Source: a virus. Taken from it: a stretch of DNA of 64,000 nt. Location of the stretch: positions 1 to 64,000 of IMG/VR virus record IMGVR_UViG_3300033553_000165; one strand, written 5' to 3'. A program made the position numbers and the translations under genes. The notes below the pieces were generated by a model, which saw nothing but the letters and a program-made list of their open reading frames with translations, ran no database searches and was not told the DNA's origin. This document shows, one piece after another, positions 10,895 through 19,793 of the stretch (positions within the stretch are counted from its first letter, which is position 1; each line of letters opens with the position of its first letter).

Positions 10895-11899
10895 TTACAT
10901 TTTTTGTATTTCATCCGCTTTACTTTGAGGAACGAATTGGCTTCTCTGCTTCCCCTTACCGATTGTCATCTTCCAATACTTCTGAAATTCACATAACCAC
11001 ATTTCTACTTGATGTAAGGTAATTTTCCCGTCCTTTTTTACGGAATAGCTTTTAGTCTCCTTATCCCAATTTAAATATTTGAAATCACCGAACTGACCTA
11101 ACTGTTCTTGAGCTAAATCCCTCAACCAGTAAATGCCCACTGTCTGATCTTTACCGTTCTTCAAGTTAGGAAATATTAATCTTATACCTACAGACGCTCC
11201 TGGTCCTACGTTTGTAAAGTCATCCTGGTCAAAACGCATAAGATTCACTTCAGAATATTTCGGAGCATAAGTAAAATCTTGGTAAAATTCGTGAGCTATG
11301 AAATCAGCTACAGCCGGAAGCGTCTTGAGGAAAGTTATTATGACTTCCGGACTTTTCGCCTTAGCTAAAACTAATTGAAGCTTTCTTACTTTTTTATGTA
11401 AAGTTGGGATAACCTTATTAGCATAGCACCAATCTCTTTTCCTTCCTGGGCAAGCCATAGAATTTATTAAGTAGGCATTTGTGAAAGGATTCTCACCCGT
11501 TTCCCTATAATCTGCCATCTGTTGTTCTAATGTCGCTTGATCATATTCCTCATAACTCGGAACTCCTCCTATGAATTCAAAAAATTCCGGCTTGTTGAAA
11601 TATCTGAATAGCATAATTCTCCAAAGTAAATCTACATTACCATTTTTCTTTTCGTGCTTAAGAAATACGTTTTTGATTTGCCATTGACTGTGACGGTCTA
11701 ACTCACGGTAAACATTTGTGAATTTATTGTTACTAAAAAATGGGTCTTCTGTCCAAGGTCTTTCTTGACCTAATATAAACCGCTTATGCCAGATTTCTTG
11801 ACGCTCGAACATAGTTTTAAAGAATAATTCTAGATTCGGCTCATATACGTCTAATTCAGCGTCCGGAAGATCGCCTGTCCAGCTTGAGACATAACTCAT
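10895..11899 (-). CDS. aGPT-PPlase clade 1 (alpha-glutamyl/putrescinyl-thymine pyrophosphorylase-like) DNA hypermodification enzyme
   Basis: ERQEIW..R..G..RPWTEDP....KFTNVYRELDR, NVGPGASVGI, VEMWLCEFQKY family motifs. Confidence 0.88.
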   Translation of the reverse strand: MSYVSSWTGDLPDAELDVYEPNLELFFKTMFERQEIWHKRFILGQERPWTEDPFFSNNKFTNVYRELDRHSQWQIKNVFLKHEKKNGNVDLLWRIMLFRYFNKPEFFEFIGGVPSYEEYDQATLEQQMADYRETGENPFTNAYLINSMACPGRKRDWCYANKVIPTLHKKVRKLQLVLAKAKSPEVIITFLKTLPAVADFIAHEFYQDFTYAPKYSEVNLMRFDQDDFTNVGPGASVGIRLIFPNLKNGKDQTVGIYWLRDLAQEQLGQFGDFKYLNWDKETKSYSVKKDGKITLHQVEMWLCEFQKYWKMTIGKGKQRSQFVPQSKADEIQKM

Positions 11900-12720
11900 A
11901 ATTTTATACTTTGAAATTCTTTGGTTCTTGCGATATCGGGTTCAAACGTCCAAGTCTTTTTAACAGGCTTCCATTTTAGATATGGATATTTCTCACTCAT
12001 TATTTCTTTAGTCTTAAGAACGGCTGCTCCTCTGTCGAAATCTTGTACTCCTCCCGCATTTTTGCCTACTGGTCTGTAATCAAGTCCAAGTTGTTCGTGG
12101 CGAACCGTATTGAATCCTGAATGCACTAAATGGAAGAAGGTATCAAAATCCTCAAAACCACTATTATCTAGATGTTCTGGATATGGAAATAAATGTTCGG
12201 TCTCTACAATGTAGGAACTTTGGAACCTTTTATTTAGCCTATCCCAAATTATGCTTAAATCTTCTTGACGCAATTCTTGACCGTAACAAAATGAGACACC
12301 TTTAATTTGGCTCCCCAATTCTTCTAGAATAATAAGGCTATCATCAATTGCTTTATCCAAAAAGGTTTGTGTCCGGAATTTTCTATCAACTTTATGTATT
12401 TCTTTCAACTCCGTAATATTCCGCACCCTTATATTATTGATATCATCATCCATCTTGAAAACATACTTATAATTGTTTTCTCTGGCGTATTCTTGAATAC
12501 ATAATTTCGCATAACATAGTCCTTCGTCGTTAGCGTCAATTATAACCAGCTCGTCATCCGTGAAGGATTTTGAGTAACTTTCATATTGTTGCGGCTCAAC
12601 GAATATTTTGTAAGGGAATTTTGAATGTTTGATGAATGAGTGAGTGTCCTTCTTTAAACCTTCCGCTCGACTTCGGCTTGGTATTGCGATTAAAATTTGA
12701 CCATTAGTAGAGTCTTCCAT
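11896..12720 (-). CDS. GT-A glycosyltransferase, TET-associated/GREB1-like DNA-glycosylating type
   Basis: IAIPSRSRA, IFVEPQQYESY, FKMDDDI (DxD), FEDFD, KNAGG; overlaps the aGPT-PPlase1 gene by 4 nt. Confidence 0.8.
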   Translation of the reverse strand: MEDSTNGQILIAIPSRSRAEGLKKDTHSFIKHSKFPYKIFVEPQQYESYSKSFTDDELVIIDANDEGLCYAKLCIQEYARENNYKYVFKMDDDINNIRVRNITELKEIHKVDRKFRTQTFLDKAIDDSLIILEELGSQIKGVSFCYGQELRQEDLSIIWDRLNKRFQSSYIVETEHLFPYPEHLDNSGFEDFDTFFHLVHSGFNTVRHEQLGLDYRPVGKNAGGVQDFDRGAAVLKTKEIMSEKYPYLKWKPVKKTWTFEPDIARTKEFQSIKL

Positions 12721-12961
12721 TTTTAATTAGGCTTTTGAGTATATTAATATTTGAAACTTCTAAAACTATTTTCCCCGTCTTTTTGGTAATTGTTTCTTTA
12801 AATATGATATTCACGTACATCTCTCTGGAGGAAGAATACGACATATAAAATTCGTTTTCCCCTTCCAGAAGTGACTTAGCTAAACTTTTAAATTTTGGGT
12901 GGATTTTTCTTTGACGACTCGCTTCTTCCAATTGAAGCTTTATTTTCTTTCTCCAACTCAT
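12704..12961 (-). CDS. Hypothetical protein
   Basis: ORF coupled to the glycosyltransferase gene. Confidence 0.6.
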   Translation of the reverse strand: MSWRKKIKLQLEEASRQRKIHPKFKSLAKSLLEGENEFYMSYSSSREMYVNIIFKETITKKTGKIVLEVSNINILKSLIKNGRLY

Positions 12962-13221
12962 AAACTATCTAGATGTATTTCGGCCAAACTTTCAACTGCT
13001 TCAAATACCTTCGGCTTCAGATTTTTTATTTCTTCCATTATATCTTTTTCCCTTCTCATCATTATCCAAGCGTCAGACGCTCTAAGATTTTTCCAACAAT
13101 CATCAAATGATGTAAATGATAAAATGAGGTCGGTTGTCTTCTCCTTATGTTTTATATAGATATCGTTGGCTCCTAATTTTCTTAGAAATAAAAAACGGTC
13201 TATAATAGCTTGATTTCTCAT
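12958..13221 (-). CDS. Hypothetical protein
   Basis: First ORF after the TTACACGGTT motif. Confidence 0.6.
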   Translation of the reverse strand: MRNQAIIDRFLFLRKLGANDIYIKHKEKTTDLILSFTSFDDCWKNLRASDAWIMMRREKDIMEEIKNLKPKVFEAVESLAEIHLDSL

Positions 13222-13230
13222 ACTACTATA

Positions 13231-13240
13231 AACCGTGTAA
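13231..13240 (-). promoter_or_regulatory. Putative phage middle-promoter motif TTACACGGTT
   Basis: Identical intergenic copies at 26313 and 53306; variants at 18088, 23904 and 60834. Confidence 0.6.
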
Positions 13241-13260
13241 GGTTTTAAGGTGAAAGGTCT

Positions 13261-13650
13261 TTAGAGACCGCTCTTCTTATTGATCTCGGTAAGTATTGCT
13301 GTTAATATTAGGAAGATTGAATGGTTGGTTAAATCAGGGAACCTTCCGCTTAATTTGTCGTATATTTCTGACGAAGCTTCTAATATGGCTTCCTCTCCGA
13401 AAAGGTCTTGAGGACCATAGGTATTCCAGAAGAATGATTTTACAAGAGATTCGTTATCCAAAATGAACCCGAACCCGTTGTTGATGGTTTCTATGGAAAA
13501 GTTCTTTTCTCCCAATCTGTCCATTTCTAAAATTACTCTATCGCCTTCCCATCTTTTAAAGATAGCTAACCTTCCGTCTAATTTAGACTGAAGCATTTTA
13601 GCAGTTAGAAGATTAACGTTGATTGCGGATAAGTTGTTTTGAGTTGCCAT
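13261..13650 (-). CDS. Hypothetical early protein
   Basis: Directly downstream of early promoter copy 1. Confidence 0.7.
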   Translation of the reverse strand: MATQNNLSAINVNLLTAKMLQSKLDGRLAIFKRWEGDRVILEMDRLGEKNFSIETINNGFGFILDNESLVKSFFWNTYGPQDLFGEEAILEASSEIYDKLSGRFPDLTNHSIFLILTAILTEINKKSGL

Positions 13651-13680
13651 AATATTAAAATTTTTACGATTAGAAATTAA

Positions 13681-13735
13681 TTACCTTACAAAGATATAAC
13701 TCTTTTTGTAAATAAAAAAATATTTTGTAAATTAA
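13681..13735 (-). promoter_or_regulatory. Early promoter repeat copy 1 (Bacteroidota -7 element TATCTTTG)
   Basis: Minus strand AAAATATTTTTTT..TATCTTTGTAAGG; four intergenic copies. Confidence 0.8.
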
Positions 13736-13748
13736 TTTCTAATCTTTG

Positions 13749-14582
13749 TTAAAATTTTAATGCAATCATCTGCTTAGCTGTTAATTCGTATGTACTTTTG
13801 TCGTCTAAATTATTTTCGTACATTTCAATAGCTTTTACTTCGGCTGCATTTTCTAACCATTGATATACTAAATTATTATAATTACTATTTAACTTTGCGT
13901 CGGCTGGACTAGCACACGCAGACAAGGCTTCTCCAGACGCAGAGTCAATTGAAGGAGAACCGTTATCACAATACGTCTGACTCCAGTCAAAAACCTTATA
14001 CGGGCATTTAACCAGTTCTCTATAACCGTATGTATTTGGACTCTGAGTAGGAAGATTCGGCAAAGCTTCCATAGCTACCATAATCTGGGAACAAAGTTCC
14101 TCACATTTATCTTCAATAGCATCCTTAACATTTATGAGTCTACTTTTTATATCACCTCCAGTTTTCTTGAATACAATATTTCCGGAATACTCAAAAGCTT
14201 CCATAACCCCCTTTTCAAGCTCATTTTCATTTCCCTTCTTTAAGGTATCTTCAACGGCTTTCTGGAGAACGTACACCGTCCGGATATTTCCTTCGTGAGA
14301 AACTTTAATAGGCTTTAAGCTACCAAGATCAGCCGAAGCTTTTGATAAGAACCCATTAACTTCTTCGGTGTCATTGAAACCGCCTTTTACAATTTCCCCT
14401 CCAACCGACTCATAAGTTTTACGGATAAACTCATCAATATTTGATTTTTCAAATGTTAAGAATTTGGTTTCCGGATATCTTGTAGCTAATTGTTCCTCTG
14501 TAATTGATTTTTCAACGTTGGTGAAGATGCCCATATTTAGACGTCCTTCAAATTTATCTGCTGATAAGAATAAGTTTTCCAT
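13749..14582 (-). CDS. Putative head-associated protein with repeated xxK(A/S/G) motifs
   Basis: N-terminal RLNMGIF..VEKS; FEKS, IVKG, LSKA, LQKA, LKKG, LEKG. Confidence 0.55.
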   Translation of the reverse strand: MENLFLSADKFEGRLNMGIFTNVEKSITEEQLATRYPETKFLTFEKSNIDEFIRKTYESVGGEIVKGGFNDTEEVNGFLSKASADLGSLKPIKVSHEGNIRTVYVLQKAVEDTLKKGNENELEKGVMEAFEYSGNIVFKKTGGDIKSRLINVKDAIEDKCEELCSQIMVAMEALPNLPTQSPNTYGYRELVKCPYKVFDWSQTYCDNGSPSIDSASGEALSACASPADAKLNSNYNNLVYQWLENAAEVKAIEMYENNLDDKSTYELTAKQMIALKF

Positions 14583-14607
14583 TTTATTTATTTCTAATTA
14601 TTTTGTT

Positions 14608-15027
14608 TTATTTTTTGGGTCTGGGAGGATACGCTTCCTTCACCTCGTGTATTTTTACTTGACCAGTAACAACTAATTTCCCGTCCTTCCGACTTATCAT
14701 ATGCCTAGGAACGTGATAAACATTTACTTTGTGATCTCCTGGAAAAGTGTTAACCTGAACATAATCCTTATGAAGGTCAACGATATTAGATTTCTCTCCA
14801 ACGATTCCCCCACCCGTTACCTCATTACCGTAATCTAATCTTGGTGCTTTGTTTTCTCCCTTTTGGCCATATTTTAATCCTACTCTTCCTAATCTACGGT
14901 TTTCTGGGTTATCCCCATAAACTCCACTCTTCGCCTTTTCCAAAGCGTCATCTGATTCCTTAAATCCCTTTAGGATATTTAAACGCCTTTTAGCGTTATC
15001 CTCATTTATTTCGTCTTGCCAATTCAT
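14608..15027 (-). CDS. Putative internal head protein
   Basis: MNWQDEI..RRLNILKGF..LEKA leader. Confidence 0.6.
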   Translation of the reverse strand: MNWQDEINEDNAKRRLNILKGFKESDDALEKAKSGVYGDNPENRRLGRVGLKYGQKGENKAPRLDYGNEVTGGGIVGEKSNIVDLHKDYVQVNTFPGDHKVNVYHVPRHMISRKDGKLVVTGQVKIHEVKEAYPPRPKK

Positions 15028-15029
15028 AA

Positions 15030-16148
15030 CTACTTTTTTGTTTGTCTTACTTTATAACTGGCTTCCCCATAAAATTCGCTATCCTGATAACCACGGTCGT
15101 CGTAATTGTCGTCGTCTTGTTTTATAGTCTTAGCTGTGATCTCTTTACCGCTATATCGGTTGATAGGCTTTTTATCTACATATTCCAATCCAGCTGGTAA
15201 ACTTGGTAAGGAAGCACTCATAGCCTTCTTATCAGCGTCCCGAGGATATCCCCTTTTCCCATTTACCGCAACTTGTAGAAGATAGCTTCCATCTTTTTGC
15301 TTATCAGTTAATCGGAAGTCAACATCGAGACCTCCGGAACGATAGGATTTTTTCTCCAACTCATCATTCACCTTATCAACATCAATCTGGATAGGCTTCT
15401 TCATTGGCTTGATTGGTGGAGCTTTCTTTTCAGATAAATCCTCAACCTTATCCCAAAGGTCTTTACTTCCGTTCCAACGGTAATTTTCTTTTTTGAATCC
15501 CTCCAATTTTTTAGCTTGTTGAAATTCTGAAGATGATAAGCTTGATTGTTTTAATAATGGGCTTGTCTTAGCTGCCCCTCCCCTACTTGCTAATGCAGAT
15601 TTTGCCGAAGCAACTACTTTGTCTGGGGATTTCTTACCTCCGTCACGCTGACCGAGAACGTATTTTTTACCAGTGATCTCAACGTATTTCTTTTGAAGTT
15701 TGGATATCTTATTATCAGTGTGTCCCGAAACGTGACCAACTGTTTCAATTTGAGATTTCCTGTCCCATAGAACGGAACTTAGCTCATCTTCTAATTTTGT
15801 CTGCTCGGAACGAACCTTTTTAACTGCGTTCGCAATAACTTCTTTTTGGTTTTGGTTGGCGATGTCTTTCCTGTTTGCTTGAGCTCTTGGGGAATTACTT
15901 GCCCCACCCGTTCCGGAATCAGTTTTACCGCTTGCCGAAGCACCCCCAGTTTTATCGGAAGCTTTTGCCCCTCTCCAGTCAAACTTTCCTGGTGCGTATT
16001 CCTTCCACACCCATTTACCGTTCGGGTGCATTTCTCCTACTTTTCTATTCTTTGCTTTCATAAGTTCGTCTTCTACTTCGACAAAACCTTTGAGAATATT
16101 TAGCCTTTGATTAGCTTGGTGATTGAGAATATCGTCGTGCCAATTCAT
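15030..16148 (-). CDS. Putative basic internal head protein
   Basis: MNWHDDI..QRLNILKGF..LMKA leader; K/R-rich. Confidence 0.6.
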   Translation of the reverse strand: MNWHDDILNHQANQRLNILKGFVEVEDELMKAKNRKVGEMHPNGKWVWKEYAPGKFDWRGAKASDKTGGASASGKTDSGTGGASNSPRAQANRKDIANQNQKEVIANAVKKVRSEQTKLEDELSSVLWDRKSQIETVGHVSGHTDNKISKLQKKYVEITGKKYVLGQRDGGKKSPDKVVASAKSALASRGGAAKTSPLLKQSSLSSSEFQQAKKLEGFKKENYRWNGSKDLWDKVEDLSEKKAPPIKPMKKPIQIDVDKVNDELEKKSYRSGGLDVDFRLTDKQKDGSYLLQVAVNGKRGYPRDADKKAMSASLPSLPAGLEYVDKKPINRYSGKEITAKTIKQDDDNYDDRGYQDSEFYGEASYKVRQTKK

Positions 16149-16170
16149 AACATACTTAGTTTTGTCTTAT

Positions 16171-16180
16171 TAATAGTTGT
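16171..16180 (-). promoter_or_regulatory. Putative late-promoter motif ACARCTATTA
   Basis: Also at 10851..10860 and 18107..18116; partial copy at 41292. Confidence 0.45.
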
Positions 16181-16196
16181 AAGGAAGCTGTTTAAT

Positions 16197-16532
16197 TCAA
16201 CAGCTTTGCTTTTTGATAAATTCTTCTTCGGTATCAACTACCAGTTCTTGACCTGATAATTTCAACTTCCCTAATAATGCTAAATGTAGCTGGATATAAG
16301 GTTGACCGCTTTTTGTTTTTTGAGCCAGTATCATCGCCCCAGCGCATTGACGTCGTTGTGGGTCTATTTCCCCTTGCTCTTTATCGTAATCAACGGTCTT
16401 GTGACAAACGAACCCTTCGGTCTTATTTTGATCAATGATTTCCTTGGCTCTTTTAGCTCCTAAGTGACCGACACCCCCTTCTTTACGAAAGGGGCATTGA
16501 TCACAAACTTCTTTACGGTGAAAATTTTTCAT
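16197..16532 (-). CDS. Cys-rich protein, DUF6283-like
   Basis: CDQCPFR..FVCHKT..CAGA. Confidence 0.65.
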   Translation of the reverse strand: MKNFHRKEVCDQCPFRKEGGVGHLGAKRAKEIIDQNKTEGFVCHKTVDYDKEQGEIDPQRRQCAGAMILAQKTKSGQPYIQLHLALLGKLKLSGQELVVDTEEEFIKKQSC

Positions 16533-16533
16533 T

Positions 16534-16740
16534 TTAAGATTTTTTATCTTTTAACCATTCCTTATAAGATTTTGAATTTAGCATACCAAATTGGCATAAA
16601 CCGCCTTCAATAATTTCCACAGTGGCTACGTGAGCCAACTCGTTATGCCTTCTAACTAAATCTTCTTTACCATTGTAAGAAATAAGCGTCGTTGGAGAAA
16701 TAGTGTCGTCAATATATAATTTGATGATTTCCGTTTTCAT
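16534..16740 (-). CDS. Hypothetical protein
   Basis: ORF track; packed operon. Confidence 0.6.
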   Translation of the reverse strand: MKTEIIKLYIDDTISPTTLISYNGKEDLVRRHNELAHVATVEIIEGGLCQFGMLNSKSYKEWLKDKKS

Positions 16741-16874
16741 AATGATGCTATATAAATGAATGCGTATAAAGTCGGTACCAGTATCAGGACGGCTAAACCG
16801 TCCCGAATCATACCTTTTCTGTCTGCTTCCCAGCTTTCTTTGATCATCTGGGCTATTAGTTTCAAATCTTTCAT
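16737..16874 (-). CDS. Small membrane protein (45 aa)
   Basis: Hand translation MKDLKLIAQMIKESW..GLAVLILVPTLYAFIYIASL; fills the gap with a 4-nt overlap. Confidence 0.55.
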   Translation of the reverse strand: MKDLKLIAQMIKESWEADRKGMIRDGLAVLILVPTLYAFIYIASL

Positions 16875-16890
16875 ATCGTGCTTATTTATC

Positions 16891-17364
16891 TTAGTTAATT
16901 CCCCAACCTTGTCCGTAAGTTCTTGAGTCTTGACCTACTGCCTCTATTCTGTAGCTGAATGGTCCTTCTACCCAACCTTCACATCCGTCCATAAATTCGT
17001 GAAAGTCATCCAGACTTCTTATCTTCGTGCTTCCTTCTCCGTGAACCCCGTCACAATCCGTGGTACTCCAGTTGATGTAAGCGCATCCGTTCTTAGCTAC
17101 AAGCTTTTCAATTTTATCAAGTTCCATCTCCTCCCAAGTTTTGGGCTTTTCAAGGTCTGGAAGAATACTTACTACTACACATTCCATTTCTCTCATTTCC
17201 TGATCGGTTAAAAGTTCCGCTACATCGGATTTCAATAACATTCCGTCATTAGCCTTATTGAGAACTAAATCTATGAATTTTTCGGTCGTTTCCGGATTTT
17301 TTAGAAAGTCCTTTTTGGTGAAATAACCTACTACGTCTTGAGTTCTAAATTTTGAATTTTTCAT
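16891..17364 (-). CDS. Hypothetical early protein
   Basis: ORF track; AACCGTAAA leader. Confidence 0.7.
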   Translation of the reverse strand: MKNSKFRTQDVVGYFTKKDFLKNPETTEKFIDLVLNKANDGMLLKSDVAELLTDQEMREMECVVVSILPDLEKPKTWEEMELDKIEKLVAKNGCAYINWSTTDCDGVHGEGSTKIRSLDDFHEFMDGCEGWVEGPFSYRIEAVGQDSRTYGQGWGIN

Positions 17365-17382
17365 TTTGAAATATTTTTACGG

Positions 17383-17526
17383 TTAAAAATTAAGTTGAAT
17401 CCAAACGTCGGTTAATCGGTTGTCTAAACGATCAACTAAATCTTGGCTGTTTTTCTTAGCTTCCGCTCTTCTGATTGCGGCTGTTAGCTTTTGAAATTTT
17501 TCAGATAATTTTGCTCTTGTTCCCAT
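17383..17526 (-). CDS. Small early protein (47 aa)
   Basis: Hand translation MGTRAKLSEKFQKLTAAIRR..; first ORF after early promoter copy 2. Confidence 0.6.
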   Translation of the reverse strand: MGTRAKLSEKFQKLTAAIRRAEAKKNSQDLVDRLDNRLTDVWIQLNF

Positions 17527-17550
17527 TTTGAAATAATTTTACGGTTGAAA

Positions 17551-17600
17551 TACCTTACAAAGATAGTACGAAATTTACAAAGAAAAAAATATTTTGGTAA
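17551..17600 (-). promoter_or_regulatory. Early promoter repeat copy 2
   Basis: AAAATATTTTTTTCTTTG..TATCTTTGTAAGG. Confidence 0.8.
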
Positions 17601-17624
17601 TTATTTTATAAAACTTTGGTAAAA

Positions 17625-17656
17625 TAAAAAAAGTCCCTCCTATTTGGGGGGACTTT
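17625..17656 (-). terminator. Intrinsic terminator
   Basis: AAAGTCCCCCC-AAATA-GGAGGGACTTT hairpin followed by T-tract. Confidence 0.8.
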
Positions 17657-17679
17657 CTTAATATATAGTAACCTTTAAC

Positions 17680-18057
17680 CTAACACGACAACGAGTGCGT
17701 CATCCTATGAAGGTAAATCAGATTATCCGGATTGGTAGCTTTATAATTAATTGTGGTAGAATTTATATCAGGTTTATAGTCCTCCGCCATATTCAGGCTT
17801 TTATAGGTTTCTACAACTCCGGAAATTCTCCCTGTTTGGTAAATGTAAATGTTTTGCTTTAGATCGACATCTTGTACCGAGACCGCTTCGTCAAATACTT
17901 CCGTATTAATAACGATTACAAAATCTACAGATACAACATCCATACTGGCAATGTTTTCTTTTTCCGAAATACCATCCCCAACGTCATTAACTACTCCCGC
18001 AGTCATAACGCCCGAAAACAAGAAGAGGGCAAAAATTAAGGTGAAAATGTTTTTCAT
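17680..18057 (-). CDS. Signal-peptide-bearing exported protein
   Basis: MKNIFTLIFALFLFSGVMTA signal peptide. Confidence 0.7.
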   Translation of the reverse strand: MKNIFTLIFALFLFSGVMTAGVVNDVGDGISEKENIASMDVVSVDFVIVINTEVFDEAVSVQDVDLKQNIYIYQTGRISGVVETYKSLNMAEDYKPDINSTTINYKATNPDNLIYLHRMTHSLSC

Positions 18058-18115
18058 AATTGAAAAGTGTTTAATTATAAGGTTATAAACCTTGTATGAG
18101 TTTATTTAATAGTTG

Positions 18116-19792
18116 TTAAAGAAACTTAAAGCTAAATCCAGTTGTTAACTTTTTAACTCCTACGGAATTTAACCATAGCGACATCGCTTGATCATCGTGT
18201 TCCCCAACCCCTTCTAAACCTTTCTCCGTCCAAGTCACCGACATCAATTCTGAAGCTAAGGAATCTGAGATATCAATACTTTGTTGGTTCCCTCTCGGAA
18301 TTTTGATCTTACCTCGTTCAAAGGTGATTGCTAAGCCAGGAAGACCAGCTTTCAGATCGTACTTATTAGTTCCAGTCGTATGACCCTGTACGGGCAAGTT
18401 ATATCGTTCTCCTTCTTGTACGAATATTTGCTGGAAGACGTTATTTTCTAATATCATAATATCAGGTCGGAAGGAATGATTGATCTGGCGCATAATCGCT
18501 AACTGTTCCGCAAACGTTTTACCTTTAAATCTAGTTATGTTCATCAACCACATTGTTTCATTTTCATCAATACCCGAAGTTATCATTACCGTGTAATCGG
18601 CTCCGACTGATGACGAAATACTAAAATCGATAGAAGTAACAACTTGGTCAAATTTACGTTGGTAAGCTTCTCTGGATTGGACGAAGGTGTAATTCTCCAT
18701 ACCAACGTATGCCCGTTTGATAATAGCTTCCGGAAATATAGTAGACTCATTCGTCACAGGTCTTACTAAGTTTTCTCTGGAGAAAATTAGGTTTCCTTGA
18801 GTCTCCCTTTTGTCTAATAGGTTTTGAAAATCCCAACGCTCTCTCCATAGTATTTTACCGTCCGGAAAGATAGCGGGATATTCCCGCACGTGCCAACCCT
18901 TTTTAGTTTTTAAATCCCCATATAAATCCGCAGCGTGAAAAGGTGTCCCCACTACAATCACTTGACCATTAGGGACAATCATATTCATAATTACAGCGTG
19001 GAAATAATCAATTGACTTTTTACGTTGAACGCTTGAATAAATAACGTTATCTTTCAGCCCATCATCTACCACTATGTATCCTGGGTGAGCCCCACGCACT
19101 GAAGACCCAAAACCTTTAGTTGTAATTCTTGCCCCATTTTTACCTACGATATCCGTCTTAGCCCAACCGTCTCCCTTTCCAGGAAATAGCTTTTCACGCA
19201 ACTCATCATTTTCCTCAATGGTACTTTTAACAATATCTAGAAGGTCAACTGCCTGTTCCTTGGAGAATGAAAATAGATACCCACGCTTAGATAAGGCTAA
19301 ATCCCGTCGTCCTCCAGGAACGAACTTTTTATATCGGTACATTTTCCAAACGAAATATGCGTTGCTCCAAAAATAGCTTTTACCGTGATCTCGGGCAGCG
19401 ATAACATTCGCCTTCAAATACCTCATAGCAACGTCACCCCATTCCAAGTGATGCCAGTTAATCTCAAATTGGGGCATTCTGGAAGTAATGAAATATGTAA
19501 GATTTTCAATACATAAGGTTTCCTCAACGCTATTGGTCAGATGGTCAAAATAACCTAATTTATGTTGAAGATCATTTCCTTTACCATATAAGGAACTCAG
19601 AATCTCTTCCATTAATACGCCATAAAGTTGCTCTATGTCCGCTTCCGTTCCTCCGAATAGTTCTCTCGTCCCCTTCTCGTCTAAGTTTTCTAGTATCTCG
19701 TCTAAAATGCGAAACGCCTCATCCATTTTGTTTATGGATAAGACGCTATCATATTTCCCAAGTATTTTTAAATCCTCTTGTTCTAAAATCAT
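18116..19792 (-). CDS. terL: Terminase large subunit
   Basis: Walker A AARDHGKS, Walker B IVVDD, VVGTPF, nuclease SIDF..ADYT and HDDQAMSL. Confidence 0.95.
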   Translation of the reverse strand: MILEQEDLKILGKYDSVLSINKMDEAFRILDEILENLDEKGTRELFGGTEADIEQLYGVLMEEILSSLYGKGNDLQHKLGYFDHLTNSVEETLCIENLTYFITSRMPQFEINWHHLEWGDVAMRYLKANVIAARDHGKSYFWSNAYFVWKMYRYKKFVPGGRRDLALSKRGYLFSFSKEQAVDLLDIVKSTIEENDELREKLFPGKGDGWAKTDIVGKNGARITTKGFGSSVRGAHPGYIVVDDGLKDNVIYSSVQRKKSIDYFHAVIMNMIVPNGQVIVVGTPFHAADLYGDLKTKKGWHVREYPAIFPDGKILWRERWDFQNLLDKRETQGNLIFSRENLVRPVTNESTIFPEAIIKRAYVGMENYTFVQSREAYQRKFDQVVTSIDFSISSSVGADYTVMITSGIDENETMWLMNITRFKGKTFAEQLAIMRQINHSFRPDIMILENNVFQQIFVQEGERYNLPVQGHTTGTNKYDLKAGLPGLAITFERGKIKIPRGNQQSIDISDSLASELMSVTWTEKGLEGVGEHDDQAMSLWLNSVGVKKLTTGFSFKFL

Positions 19793-19793
19793 T

